Shown: piece after piece, positions 46,911-56,127 of the stretch
Position numbering within the stretch: position 1 is the first letter of the stretch
Layout: each line of letters begins with the position of its first letter
DNA from: a virus
Direction: 5' to 3' (one strand)
Virus record (IMG/VR): IMGVR_UViG_3300032073_000007
Coordinates: 1-64,000 of that record
DNA length: 64,000 bases
Position numbers and translations under genes: made by a program
Notes under the pieces: model-generated
Told to the model about the DNA's origin: nothing
Databases searched by the model: none
What the model saw: the letters and a program-made list of their open reading frames with translations, nothing else

Positions 46911-47688
46911 CTTCAAAAACTTCTTTTAATGCAGCATCAATAGACTTTTGATCATTGCCGTAATTATTATACCAAACGCTTAGAACTCTAACTAAAGTTT
47001 GATATGATTTCTCAAAAAGTTTTTGTTTTTTAAGAAATTGAACATCTTCAACGTCATCGTCTTTTTCTTGAAGTCTTAAAAGATAGCTTCTTTTTTCTAC
47101 ATAATTTTCTCCTTTAAAGAATGGAAATAATTCTTTTTTATCATCTTCCTTTAAGCTCTCCTCAAAAAAGGTAAAATTAAGAATAAACCACTCAATAAGT
47201 TTTTGTTCTGCTTTCGAGTCAGCAGTCTGACTGAATTGTCCTCTCAAACTAGTCTCGTAATCTCTAATTTGAGTCTGCGTTGATGCAAATGCAACCTTTG
47301 CATCCTCAAGCTGTTTCTTTTGCTCTTCGCTAAGTTCTTTTGCTTCTCCAAAAAACTCGATTACCCTAGCAGCATCAGTATTTTCCACAACTAATTCTCC
47401 AATAATATCCTCTGTTCTTTTTGAGGTCATCCCTCCAAGATCCCCCATCTTTTTTGCCAGCATAGCTTTTGTTAAAAAACCAGCATTAATAAATTCGTTG
47501 TATTTCTGACCATAGAAAAACTCGGCATCTTCTACGTCTGCAACACTAGGTTTGGCCACAACAACCCTAGTTTTAATAGAACTTTTAACTTTTTTAGTTG
47601 TTTCAACAGGCCCGTTTTTAGTCTTCCTTACATGAGGGACTTCTTTCTCAACCTCTCTTTTTACATCAAATGAATATAGCTCTTTCAT
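46897..47688 (-). CDS. Tail assembly chaperone-like protein
   Basis: Likely start MKELYSF; TATAAT 7 nt upstream; synteny. Confidence 0.5.
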   Translation of the reverse strand: MKELYSFDVKREVEKEVPHVRKTKNGPVETTKKVKSSIKTRVVVAKPSVADVEDAEFFYGQKYNEFINAGFLTKAMLAKKMGDLGGMTSKRTEDIIGELVVENTDAARVIEFFGEAKELSEEQKKQLEDAKVAFASTQTQIRDYETSLRGQFSQTADSKAEQKLIEWFILNFTFFEESLKEDDKKELFPFFKGENYVEKRSYLLRLQEKDDDVEDVQFLKKQKLFEKSYQTLVRVLSVWYNNYGNDQKSIDAALKEVFEDEQD

Positions 47689-47719
47689 TAGTAATATTAT
47701 ATGAAATATTAAGGCAAAA

Positions 47720-48976
47720 TCAAAATTTAAAAAATGAAAATGAGTCAATATCGAATATTTTTAGTTTAAATCCCGTGTTAATACTCGCCGCGCTATCAGA
47801 AGCAGCTATTAGTGTGTTTATATCCGAAGCAAAGTGAACGTAAGATGGCCCACCAGTAGTAGTAAAGTAACTAGTTAAAAGAACAGCCTCTCCTCCAATT
47901 ATCAAAAATATTGGATTCCCAGAATCTCCAGTGGTAAGAAGTTCGGCTAAATTATCATAAGGATCTGGCACATTCGTGGGATTAGAATCAAAAGTAGTTG
48001 ATTTAAATGAAAAGCTATTCACAGCAGTCAATACGTTTAAAGTTAATTTTTTTTCAAAATCAAAACCTGCTACTATAGGCTTGTAATATTCTTCAATTAT
48101 ATCTACGGTTGTTGTTTTTAAATAATCATTAATATTTGAAGGTAAAACCTTTGAAAAAGAAATATTATCTGGAAGTTCTTCGTTTAAAACTCCCACAGAG
48201 ATATCTTGACTAGCATGATCTGCTGTAGCAGAAATTGTTCGTGAAACCCAAGTTCCATCAGGATCAACAAAATAAACAACATCAGAAGCTTGCAATTTAA
48301 AATGCTTCGCCATTATAATATGTCTTTTTGTAATTGCTGTTGCTCCTCTTTGTCTAAAATCTAATGGAACACCATGCCCACGATTGTTCCAAACAACAAC
48401 TGAGGTGAAATCAATATCTTTACCCCAAAAATCAGTTGAACGAGCAGCATTAAATCCTCCACCGTTTAATGTTCCATTCGGGTTTGTAAAAGATTCTAAC
48501 ATACTAGCATTAGCAGCTATACTCATTGTGTTGGTGATATTATCGTTAATTTGTGAGGTAGAATGTTTTGCTAAAGAGTTTTTTGGTCGGCCTGTTACAG
48601 AAAGTGACAGTTCTGAAGTGCCATTTTTATGAAAAGATAAAGAATTTATACTTTTATCAGTGGCTCCATTGGATTTTCCTGTTATATCTAACCCATTCGC
48701 GATTAAAGTCTGATCTTTGTAATAAAAAAATGTGCTGTTCGCATAATCATAATGGACTTCTAAATCAAAAGGAACTCCACTTTGATAACCTGCAAAAAAG
48801 TTTCCGCTTTGATCAAACAAATAACCGTCTGCCCCAGAAAATGTTATTAAATTAGAAGAGTAAAATTTTCCACTCTCAAATAAAGATAACTCAAAACCAC
48901 TATCAGGACTATCTATAATCAAAGATATGTCATATATAGCATTTTGATAATTGGAGAAACTTTCATTTATAATCAT
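47720..48976 (-). CDS. Tail-module protein with C-terminal trypsin-like serine protease domain
   Basis: GATAITKRHIIMAKHF (His), DISVGVL (Asp) and GDSGNP (Ser). Confidence 0.75.
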   Translation of the reverse strand: MIINESFSNYQNAIYDISLIIDSPDSGFELSLFESGKFYSSNLITFSGADGYLFDQSGNFFAGYQSGVPFDLEVHYDYANSTFFYYKDQTLIANGLDITGKSNGATDKSINSLSFHKNGTSELSLSVTGRPKNSLAKHSTSQINDNITNTMSIAANASMLESFTNPNGTLNGGGFNAARSTDFWGKDIDFTSVVVWNNRGHGVPLDFRQRGATAITKRHIIMAKHFKLQASDVVYFVDPDGTWVSRTISATADHASQDISVGVLNEELPDNISFSKVLPSNINDYLKTTTVDIIEEYYKPIVAGFDFEKKLTLNVLTAVNSFSFKSTTFDSNPTNVPDPYDNLAELLTTGDSGNPIFLIIGGEAVLLTSYFTTTGGPSYVHFASDINTLIAASDSAASINTGFKLKIFDIDSFSFFKF

Positions 48977-49866
48977 TGTATTATGGGGAAGTAGTAAGAA
49001 AAGGTGACGCTAGTATTATCATCCAAAGAAGTTGATTCATCCACTGTCTCTAGACAACATCCACTAATGGAAAAATCCATAACAGAAGTATCATCTTCTC
49101 CTTTTAAATCAATTTTAATTACACCACTTTGGCAAACTAAACTAGATAGATTAACCCCTGTAACTTCTGTCTTTAAAACAGTAAAGCTTAAATCACCTGC
49201 GGCTGGTAACTCAGGATATCTAAACCTTGGGGTTCTTGTCCCTAATCTTGTCTTAGGGATTCTTGGCGTATTTACGCTTAATGAAAAATCTTGTATATTC
49301 AAACTTGCCGTATCAATACCCTCGTCCCCATTTGTTATTGTTGTTATCTCAATATCCTCTGGCCTAAAAAAACCTCCAAAACTATCATTTGTTTGGTCTT
49401 TTCTTTCTAAAGCTCCAACGGGACTAAAAATAGCAGCATCTCCCTCGTATGTTGCAGAACCTCTTACTAAATCTCCTACAGAGCCATTCAAAGAATAATC
49501 AACAATAGAGCTATCTAATATATCGGTTTGACCAGCGAGATCTTTTATTGTAAAATCAATTTTACCTGTGTTTAGAAACCCGAAATGTATTGCTTGATTG
49601 CCTTTACTGTAAGGTTTATTTAGGAAGAAACTATAAAAAGGGTCTATACCAGTAGCTCCAGTTGTAAGCATTATGTCCATGCTCAAAGTAGTAGTCTGAT
49701 TAGAGCCTAGTATTCTCTCAGAAGCATTCAAGTCTCCTAGCCTCCTTATTTCAGATACCTGCTTATTTGTAGAAATACTTAATGAATTAATAGCTGGTAG
49801 CCGCCCATCAGGTATTGTATTTACAAATACTTGGACATCACTAGAATTAATTCTTTCTATAGACAT
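48973..49866 (-). CDS. Tail tube paralog
   Basis: Shares RPED, VG(D/E) and LDDN motifs with 49938-51284; GTGTAA 9 nt upstream. Confidence 0.6.
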   Translation of the reverse strand: MSIERINSSDVQVFVNTIPDGRLPAINSLSISTNKQVSEIRRLGDLNASERILGSNQTTTLSMDIMLTTGATGIDPFYSFFLNKPYSKGNQAIHFGFLNTGKIDFTIKDLAGQTDILDSSIVDYSLNGSVGDLVRGSATYEGDAAIFSPVGALERKDQTNDSFGGFFRPEDIEITTITNGDEGIDTASLNIQDFSLSVNTPRIPKTRLGTRTPRFRYPELPAAGDLSFTVLKTEVTGVNLSSLVCQSGVIKIDLKGEDDTSVMDFSISGCCLETVDESTSLDDNTSVTFSYYFPIIQ

Positions 49867-49881
49867 ATACTTAGTTTACAC

Positions 49882-49912
49882 AAAAAAGCCCCGCATTTCT
49901 GCGAGGCTTTTT
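49882..49912 (-). terminator. Rho-independent terminator after the major tail gene
   Basis: AAAAGCCTCGCAG-aaa-TGCGGGGCTTTTTT, running into GTGTAA. Confidence 0.85.
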
Positions 49913-49937
49913 GTGTTTAAGATTTTTGGACTTAATA

Positions 49938-51284
49938 CTAAGTTCCGTCAGCAGCAGAGTATGGTCCCTTAACTTGGTTTTTCTTATAGAAGTATCCACG
50001 GGGGAAATTCCTACCTCCAAAGCTTGTTCCATAGTGATCAGGAAGATTCGTCTCACCTCCATTGGTGCAAGCCCCTGAATAAAAGAAGCCTTGATCAATT
50101 TGGTTATCTCCACCAATTTGAGTAGAGAATGTTAAATCAATAGTCTCATTATCATCAAGTCCTTGAGAGAATCCTTGTGAATCCATAACAGCTTTTTGCA
50201 TGATATATCTATGCTTATCTGTTCCATCTTCTCCTTTAACATTCAACGTAATGTTAGTGGTTTCGTTCCCAGCAGCACCAGTCAAAATCTTATCAACTTG
50301 ACCTGCACTGAAGTTCTTAAGAAGCGCACTAACAGACATTGTTACGTTAATTGGGAAGTCTAAAGGTTTGGCTACCGCTTTCGCAGAACCAAGAGCCTCA
50401 ATTGGAGTTCTTGAAAGAGGCACTTCGATTGAAGCGCTCTGAACATGCATGTCAGTCAAATCCGTTCCACCAAATGTGAAATCACCATCACTAAATGTAA
50501 GAGTTACATCCTCTGGACGAAGGACTAAAACACTCATGTTACCAGTGCTAGGAACACCAAGCATAAGCTGACCCGTATCCGCTCTTGCTCCTGCTTTATT
50601 TAAAGAAGGGTTATAGATTCCAGAGTTACCAGTATCAAATGTAATGTTTTCTGCCGTTCCATCAATATCGACTCTTGGGATTTCTCCGACAGCAAAATTA
50701 ACGGTGTAACTTTCGAAGTTGCAGTTTCCTAAAGATACAACATCCTGAGAATCTAATTCTGCGGTCGTATAGGTTCCAGTTGGATCTGTAAGGAAGGAGC
50801 CTTGGTTAATGCCTTCTTTTCCTTTTACATCACTTGCGCTTGTCCCAACAGTTGAAAAAGCGTCTGACCCCTCCTTAGTTGTTAAAACAAAAAGGTTCTT
50901 TTCTCTCTTGTCTGGATCTTCAGCAAGAATGCCAGATATAAACTGACTTTTTAATACGTTACCGTCGGTAATTCCATTTGTTTGAAAGCCTAAATTATAT
51001 TCATTTTCTCCGTCACCTAAGAAATAACCAAGGGAGAAAGAAGGGTTTAAATCACCAAGTGTGATTGTTCCGATTCGTGCTAACTGACCAAATTCTCTAA
51101 TATCTTGCCGTCCACCAGCAATATCAATATCAAAAGAGAAAGTGTCAACACGATGAAGTTGAGGTGGTTTTACGCCAGAGTGAGACTGTATTGAAGCGCC
51201 TAAATCGCCAATTAAGCCAGTGTTTGAAACGTAAACCGCTTTACTTTGAGAGATTACTCTCGTTCTAGATTGATTAGAAGCCAT
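49938..51284 (-). CDS. Major tail (tube) protein
   Basis: Synteny; own terminator; two GTGTAA motifs upstream (51310-51325); R..I.E.G tube-like motifs. Confidence 0.7.
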   Translation of the reverse strand: MASNQSRTRVISQSKAVYVSNTGLIGDLGASIQSHSGVKPPQLHRVDTFSFDIDIAGGRQDIREFGQLARIGTITLGDLNPSFSLGYFLGDGENEYNLGFQTNGITDGNVLKSQFISGILAEDPDKREKNLFVLTTKEGSDAFSTVGTSASDVKGKEGINQGSFLTDPTGTYTTAELDSQDVVSLGNCNFESYTVNFAVGEIPRVDIDGTAENITFDTGNSGIYNPSLNKAGARADTGQLMLGVPSTGNMSVLVLRPEDVTLTFSDGDFTFGGTDLTDMHVQSASIEVPLSRTPIEALGSAKAVAKPLDFPINVTMSVSALLKNFSAGQVDKILTGAAGNETTNITLNVKGEDGTDKHRYIMQKAVMDSQGFSQGLDDNETIDLTFSTQIGGDNQIDQGFFYSGACTNGGETNLPDHYGTSFGGRNFPRGYFYKKNQVKGPYSAADGT

Positions 51285-51329
51285 GTTAATTTAAATTAAA
51301 GTGAATTGTTTACACTTTCTTACACGGAT

Positions 51330-52214
51330 TTATAATCTAGGGAAACGATAAGTGCATAATTCAAAGTCAATATATCCTACAGAGATGTTTTTATTCAGAT
51401 TCTCCCTAATTCTCTCTGAGACTATTTTAGACACAGAAACCTCTTGTATATGGGACTTTGTTGGATTTGATTGAGATGCTACCAAATTATCGTAACTATA
51501 AGGAAAATCTTTCAAAGAGAAAGAGAAACCATATGGGAAATCTTCATATGGAATATGCGTAATATCTCTTCTGACAGTATCTCTAAATAGAGAAAGAACA
51601 GAATCTAATGTGTAATTATCAAAAGATAACACCATTACTCGCATTCTTGTCCTAGTATCTTCCTCCCCTCCAAAAGAGAATTCAGTGTTATCTGAAGAGG
51701 CTACAGAAATAAAACAAGCAGGTAAGAAATATGTGGTTTCGTCATATTCTGCTGTTTTACCATATTGATACGGAAGCTCTGTAGCACTGTCTTTAAAATC
51801 TGAGTGAAGAATTATTTGGGCATCCGTATCATTTGTAATATAAGTATTAACTTCTTTTACAGTAGAATTTGCTGTCAGCGCCGTGCTTCCTATCTCAGCG
51901 CCAGATGCTTGAGGAAATATTAATCTTCCATTCTCATAATCTGTGAAAACACCTCCGTTCTTGTCGTAGTTGCCAGTAATAAAATCATTCCCTAAAAAGA
52001 ACCCAGAATTTGGGTTATCTACATTATACTCCCCGACTAAAGATCTATACTTTCCTTGAAAAGCGATATGAGTATCAGGAACATCTGAGAAAGATCCAGA
52101 AGTAAAAGCATTATCTAAGTTGATTTGATATGCTTTAGCAGAACTACCTAACAAGCGGTTCTCAAACCATAGGTAGAAACTTGACAAAACATTCTGATCA
52201 AACTGCGCCTTCAT
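51330..52214 (-). CDS. Tail terminator/neck protein
   Basis: LPACFI..FSFGG pattern; synteny. Confidence 0.55.
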   Translation of the reverse strand: MKAQFDQNVLSSFYLWFENRLLGSSAKAYQINLDNAFTSGSFSDVPDTHIAFQGKYRSLVGEYNVDNPNSGFFLGNDFITGNYDKNGGVFTDYENGRLIFPQASGAEIGSTALTANSTVKEVNTYITNDTDAQIILHSDFKDSATELPYQYGKTAEYDETTYFLPACFISVASSDNTEFSFGGEEDTRTRMRVMVLSFDNYTLDSVLSLFRDTVRRDITHIPYEDFPYGFSFSLKDFPYSYDNLVASQSNPTKSHIQEVSVSKIVSERIRENLNKNISVGYIDFELCTYRFPRL

Positions 52215-52852
52215 TTATCTAATCTTAATAATTTCTGTTTAAAATCTTTTGTTAATTTACCAACATATGGCATTCTTTTAAAACTTACACCAGAAGACCT
52301 ATTTTTGGCTTGTATACCTGTTCCAGAAGTAGAACTATCAAACCCTGTAGAACTAAATAAATATTGTCCCAAGTTAGTCAATCCCCCCTCTTCTATACTT
52401 CTAGCCCAGCTTTTGCCAGCCATCCAAGGTATTGGAGTTAATCCATATATTTCTTCAATGCTTGGAATAAAGAAGGTGATTTGATATTTTCCTGAATTAT
52501 TTTTCCTTCTTACCTTAAATTTTATTTTTTCACTAAATATTTTAGATATAATCTGAGTTGGATTATCTCCTGAAGAAAAACCTATAAAGGAAAATAGGTT
52601 ACCGTATCCCCCTAAAGTTCCACTGGTGTTAGATGCTCTAGGCCCAGCGTCAAGCTCTATTGTTATTGGATGAGCTTCAAATTCCTTAATTAACTCAGAT
52701 TGTCTTTCTTGAATTTTGGGATCAATCAAGCCTCTGATGGCCATCGCCATGCTTTTATTATTAGGTGAATCTACCGTTAGCTCTCTAAGTAATTCTTTTG
52801 CGTTGACGGTTACTACTGGGGTAGAGACCGACATAAAATCTCTTCCAGCCAT
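52211..52852 (-). CDS. Neck/tail completion protein
   Basis: Synteny; WARSIEEG..RMPY. Confidence 0.5.
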   Translation of the reverse strand: MAGRDFMSVSTPVVTVNAKELLRELTVDSPNNKSMAMAIRGLIDPKIQERQSELIKEFEAHPITIELDAGPRASNTSGTLGGYGNLFSFIGFSSGDNPTQIISKIFSEKIKFKVRRKNNSGKYQITFFIPSIEEIYGLTPIPWMAGKSWARSIEEGGLTNLGQYLFSSTGFDSSTSGTGIQAKNRSSGVSFKRMPYVGKLTKDFKQKLLRLDK

Positions 52853-53298
52853 TAGTTTTCACGTTTTAAAAATATTGAATAAAATTGAGTATCAAATGGG
52901 CCAATAACCTTTGCGTCTCCATCTACAACATATAGTTCATTATCAACCTCTATCTTTGAACAAATTTTAATTTTTTCATAAGCTGCTGCTTTTACTTTGA
53001 TTCTAATTTGTCCCTCAGATCCAACTAGATTCATTTGCCCATTACCATCAATGATATCTTCTTTTTGCTCGTTTTTATAATATACTCTAGCACTGTAAGT
53101 ATATCTTTCGAGAGTTTCTTCTGAAGATATTTTCGCTACATCTTTCCTCCTACCATATAGAGGATTATAATTTAATTCTACAGGAACACTTGAGACTTCT
53201 TTTACATAAACATGAATATCTCTAGCAAAAGTATCGTGAACGTCACTTAATGCTGAATTAATAGCTGTTTTTTCTGCGTCTGTAAGAAGTGAGGCCAT
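52852..53298 (-). CDS. Head closure (stopper)-like protein
   Basis: Synteny and size (148 aa). Confidence 0.5.
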   Translation of the reverse strand: MASLLTDAEKTAINSALSDVHDTFARDIHVYVKEVSSVPVELNYNPLYGRRKDVAKISSEETLERYTYSARVYYKNEQKEDIIDGNGQMNLVGSEGQIRIKVKAAAYEKIKICSKIEVDNELYVVDGDAKVIGPFDTQFYSIFLKREN

Positions 53299-53302
53299 AG
53301 TG

Positions 53303-53791
53303 TCATGTTAATGTCCCAGATAGGGTGTAAGTGCCATCGGTTCCTGCGACTTGAATAGGTGAAGATTTTTGGTAATTGTATTGATATAAAAGATCATTTA
53401 ATCTTTCGCTCGTCTCAACAGACAAATCTCTATATGTTTTAGCAACAGAGTTTTTATTTTGTCTTTGTATAGTTGTATCACCCTCTTTTATAGTAACCCA
53501 ATCAACAGAATCAGAATAAGTAAATGATCTTAGAGATTCTCTAGCAGATTTTTGATAATACCAAAGTTCATAAAGAGTCCCAAAGATACTCTTCTCCACA
53601 TCTGCTAAACCTGTGCCATTCATTCTGATAGCACCAGTTGAGTTCACTTCGAACTCTTCATGGATGAGACCATTAAGCTCTCCAATGTTAGTTTCTAGCC
53701 ACCCAGAAACAAAACCAACATTATATGACCCTGTATCATTAGGGAAATCATATGTTACGATGTCAGTAGCTAAAACTCCAAGATCATTCAT
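53303..53791 (-). CDS. Head-tail adaptor-like protein
   Basis: IKEGDTTI motif; synteny. Confidence 0.55.
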   Translation of the reverse strand: MNDLGVLATDIVTYDFPNDTGSYNVGFVSGWLETNIGELNGLIHEEFEVNSTGAIRMNGTGLADVEKSIFGTLYELWYYQKSARESLRSFTYSDSVDWVTIKEGDTTIQRQNKNSVAKTYRDLSVETSERLNDLLYQYNYQKSSPIQVAGTDGTYTLSGTLT

Positions 53792-53794
53792 TAT

Positions 53795-54232
53795 TTAAAA
53801 GCCGTCCTTAAATAACCTTACAGTAGAATCATAGTCTGGGGAACTTGGATCTAAAATTGGTTTAGCAGAACCTTGAACAGTAACGTTATGTTTTTGCACA
53901 TAAAAATCAAACGACTTCATCAAAGACTTCCTAAGTAGATTCATATTCCTTTCTCTAGGAACCCCTACCCTAGCAGCTAAATCAGTTAATTCTGAAGCCG
54001 AGGATGCCTCTACGCGCTGTTTGAATATGTCTCGGTGCAAAGTTCCATATGGATTCATTTGAGGCATTCCTAGGAGTTCCTCAAGCTCTTTGACTTTTTC
54101 GATTTGCTCTTCTTTTTTACTTCGATCTTTGCCATCTGTTACATCGAATTCCTCCAAGTGTTTTTTCTCAATTCCTTTAGAAACTGGCATAGCCTCAAGA
54201 CTCTTGTTTTTAGCACTCTTCTTTTTACTCAT
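53795..54232 (-). CDS. Hypothetical protein
   Basis: 145-aa ORF after the capsid terminator. Confidence 0.75.
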   Translation of the reverse strand: MSKKKSAKNKSLEAMPVSKGIEKKHLEEFDVTDGKDRSKKEEQIEKVKELEELLGMPQMNPYGTLHRDIFKQRVEASSASELTDLAARVGVPRERNMNLLRKSLMKSFDFYVQKHNVTVQGSAKPILDPSSPDYDSTVRLFKDGF

Positions 54233-54266
54233 AATATATAATACCTAAATTTTGATATAAATCAAT

Positions 54267-54300
54267 AAAAAAGAGCCGCCCCTTTCGAGGCGACTCTCTT
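54267..54300 (-). terminator. Rho-independent terminator after the major capsid gene
   Basis: GAGAGTCGCC-tcgaaagg-GGCGGCTCTTTTTT. Confidence 0.85.
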
Positions 54301-54320
54301 TATAAGTGTTATGGTCTTGC

Positions 54321-55460
54321 TTATACGCAAAGTCCGATAAGAGCAGTATTGTCGATGCAAATACGACCCTCTTCAACTTTACCGTAGTAACCAATCTTGT
54401 TCTGACGAACAGAGAACTGGTCATCAACAAGAACTTGAAGCTCAGATGGAGATCCTTCACCAACAACAACAGGGCGAATAAGGGAATCCTTACTCCTGTC
54501 GATACCGATAACAATCTCGTCATCACCTGTTACCCAAGTTCCAGAACCACCACCACCGATAACAGTAGCACCTTCAGATGCAACGATAGCACCAAAGAGC
54601 TTGTTAAACAGTTGGCCGTTACCCATCTGGTTGATTTCCATGATGTTAATACCATAGAAGGAAGGAAGACCAGCAGCGCTGTAAAGCTCTTGACGAAGGG
54701 CTTCTGGAGCCATTTGTCCGTCAGCGGGAGTTCCACCAACAGGAGCAGCAGCAGTGCTTACAGGGTTGTAAGCCATTGCGCGGAGTTCCTCAACCATTTC
54801 TGGAGAAACCAGAAGGTCGGTGATACCAGACTTAACGCCACCAACAGGAGTTCCTCCACTGAAGGAACTGTTGATACGCTTACTCTTGGTGATCAAGTTA
54901 TTGAAGTCAGCAAGAACAAAACGATCTGCTGCTGCGGAACCAATGATGCTTCCACCAGCGGAACCACTTGTTCCAGTAGCTTTAACCAGAGCGGTTGCAA
55001 GCACGTTGAAAGCAGTTTTCGTTTGTTTCATTAAAACTTCTTGAGCCATCCGAGTGAAGGTCTTGCTAACAACATCAAGACGCGCCTTACGGACATACTT
55101 GCGATCAAATGCAAGCGCACTGTCCAAGGTGTAAGTCGAGAACTTGAGTTCGTTGTGAGCAGGGAATACCTGACTATAAGGAAGGCCACCAGCGACCTGT
55201 TGAGAATACACCTCGATGTAATCCTCACCAGTGATATCGTGGAAAAGGTCTAAGGGCAAAGAAGGATTGTCATCTTCTCCATAGGAAAGGCTGGTATACA
55301 GATTTCCAATGGTAGGAGCGTTATTAATAACTTCCGAAACGACTGGTCCAAGCAAGTCTGCGACTGCTGCCTGTGCCTCATAAGCCTCTTCACGATTATT
55401 AGATCCCATTGCTCGGATAAGAGCTAACTGATCTTCAGTTCTTTTAATTGTGATTTTCAT
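54321..55460 (-). CDS. Major capsid protein (HK97 fold)
   Basis: 379 aa after the protease and decoration genes; TDLLVSPE, FYGINI and IGYYG; terminator follows. Confidence 0.8.
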   Translation of the reverse strand: MKITIKRTEDQLALIRAMGSNNREEAYEAQAAVADLLGPVVSEVINNAPTIGNLYTSLSYGEDDNPSLPLDLFHDITGEDYIEVYSQQVAGGLPYSQVFPAHNELKFSTYTLDSALAFDRKYVRKARLDVVSKTFTRMAQEVLMKQTKTAFNVLATALVKATGTSGSAGGSIIGSAAADRFVLADFNNLITKSKRINSSFSGGTPVGGVKSGITDLLVSPEMVEELRAMAYNPVSTAAAPVGGTPADGQMAPEALRQELYSAAGLPSFYGINIMEINQMGNGQLFNKLFGAIVASEGATVIGGGGSGTWVTGDDEIVIGIDRSKDSLIRPVVVGEGSPSELQVLVDDQFSVRQNKIGYYGKVEEGRICIDNTALIGLCV

Positions 55461-55472
55461 GATCGTAAAATA

Positions 55473-56102
55473 TTAGCAGCTAAGTTTAAGAATTGCGTAT
55501 GCACCAGCGAAAGCATCGGTAGTGCTACCTTGAGATTCCCTATTACCAGTAGCGATAAAGGTTCCGATAGAGTGAACGTGATGCTGACCGTGGGTAGCAG
55601 CAGTGCTGGTCACTCCAGTGATGGTTCCATTTAAAGAAGGAACAGCATATTGGTTGACTGTAGGTGAAACACCGTTAGTCAAACCCCTTGTGTTAATAGT
55701 GAAGATCCCTTTCGTAGCGATAGGAACAGCTTCACCAGAAACAACACACTGAAGTTCTTCTTTTTTCTGTGGATAATAAAGTAAATTCTCTCCATTTTCA
55801 TCCTTATTACGAACATCTCGTAAAAGAATTCCCAAAGCCTTTTCGTTGCCTCCAGTTGATTCCATTTTAGTTACCTTATAAGGAACCTCTGGATAGAGCG
55901 AAAGACCCTTGCCTAAAGTATTGAGGAACGAGTCAGAATCGCCTCGCTCAACATACTGGACAGGCTCATTATCTAAGTTAGCAGCGCTAACTTTGACAAC
56001 GGAACCTGCTTCACCTGTTTCGGCATCGAGAGAATAGAAGTTAATAACATCATTCTCGTCATATTGACGAAACGGCAATAAACGTGTAATTTCGTTAGCC
56101 AT
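55473..56102 (-). CDS. Capsid decoration/cement protein
   Basis: ALGILL and VVSGEAVPIATKG; lies between the scaffold and capsid genes. Confidence 0.6.
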   Translation of the reverse strand: MANEITRLLPFRQYDENDVINFYSLDAETGEAGSVVKVSAANLDNEPVQYVERGDSDSFLNTLGKGLSLYPEVPYKVTKMESTGGNEKALGILLRDVRNKDENGENLLYYPQKKEELQCVVSGEAVPIATKGIFTINTRGLTNGVSPTVNQYAVPSLNGTITGVTSTAATHGQHHVHSIGTFIATGNRESQGSTTDAFAGAYAILKLSC

Positions 56103-56127
56103 AATTGATTAGTTTGTTTTGTTTTTT

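Noticed and set aside
46897-46930. Programmed -1 frameshift between the tail chaperone genes
   Set aside because: The downstream ORF is in the +1 frame, has its own ATG, and no canonical slippery heptamer is present
54306-55034. 242-aa antisense ORF over the capsid gene, and other short opposite-strand ORFs
   Set aside because: Shadow ORFs arising from codon bias; no motifs or expression signals
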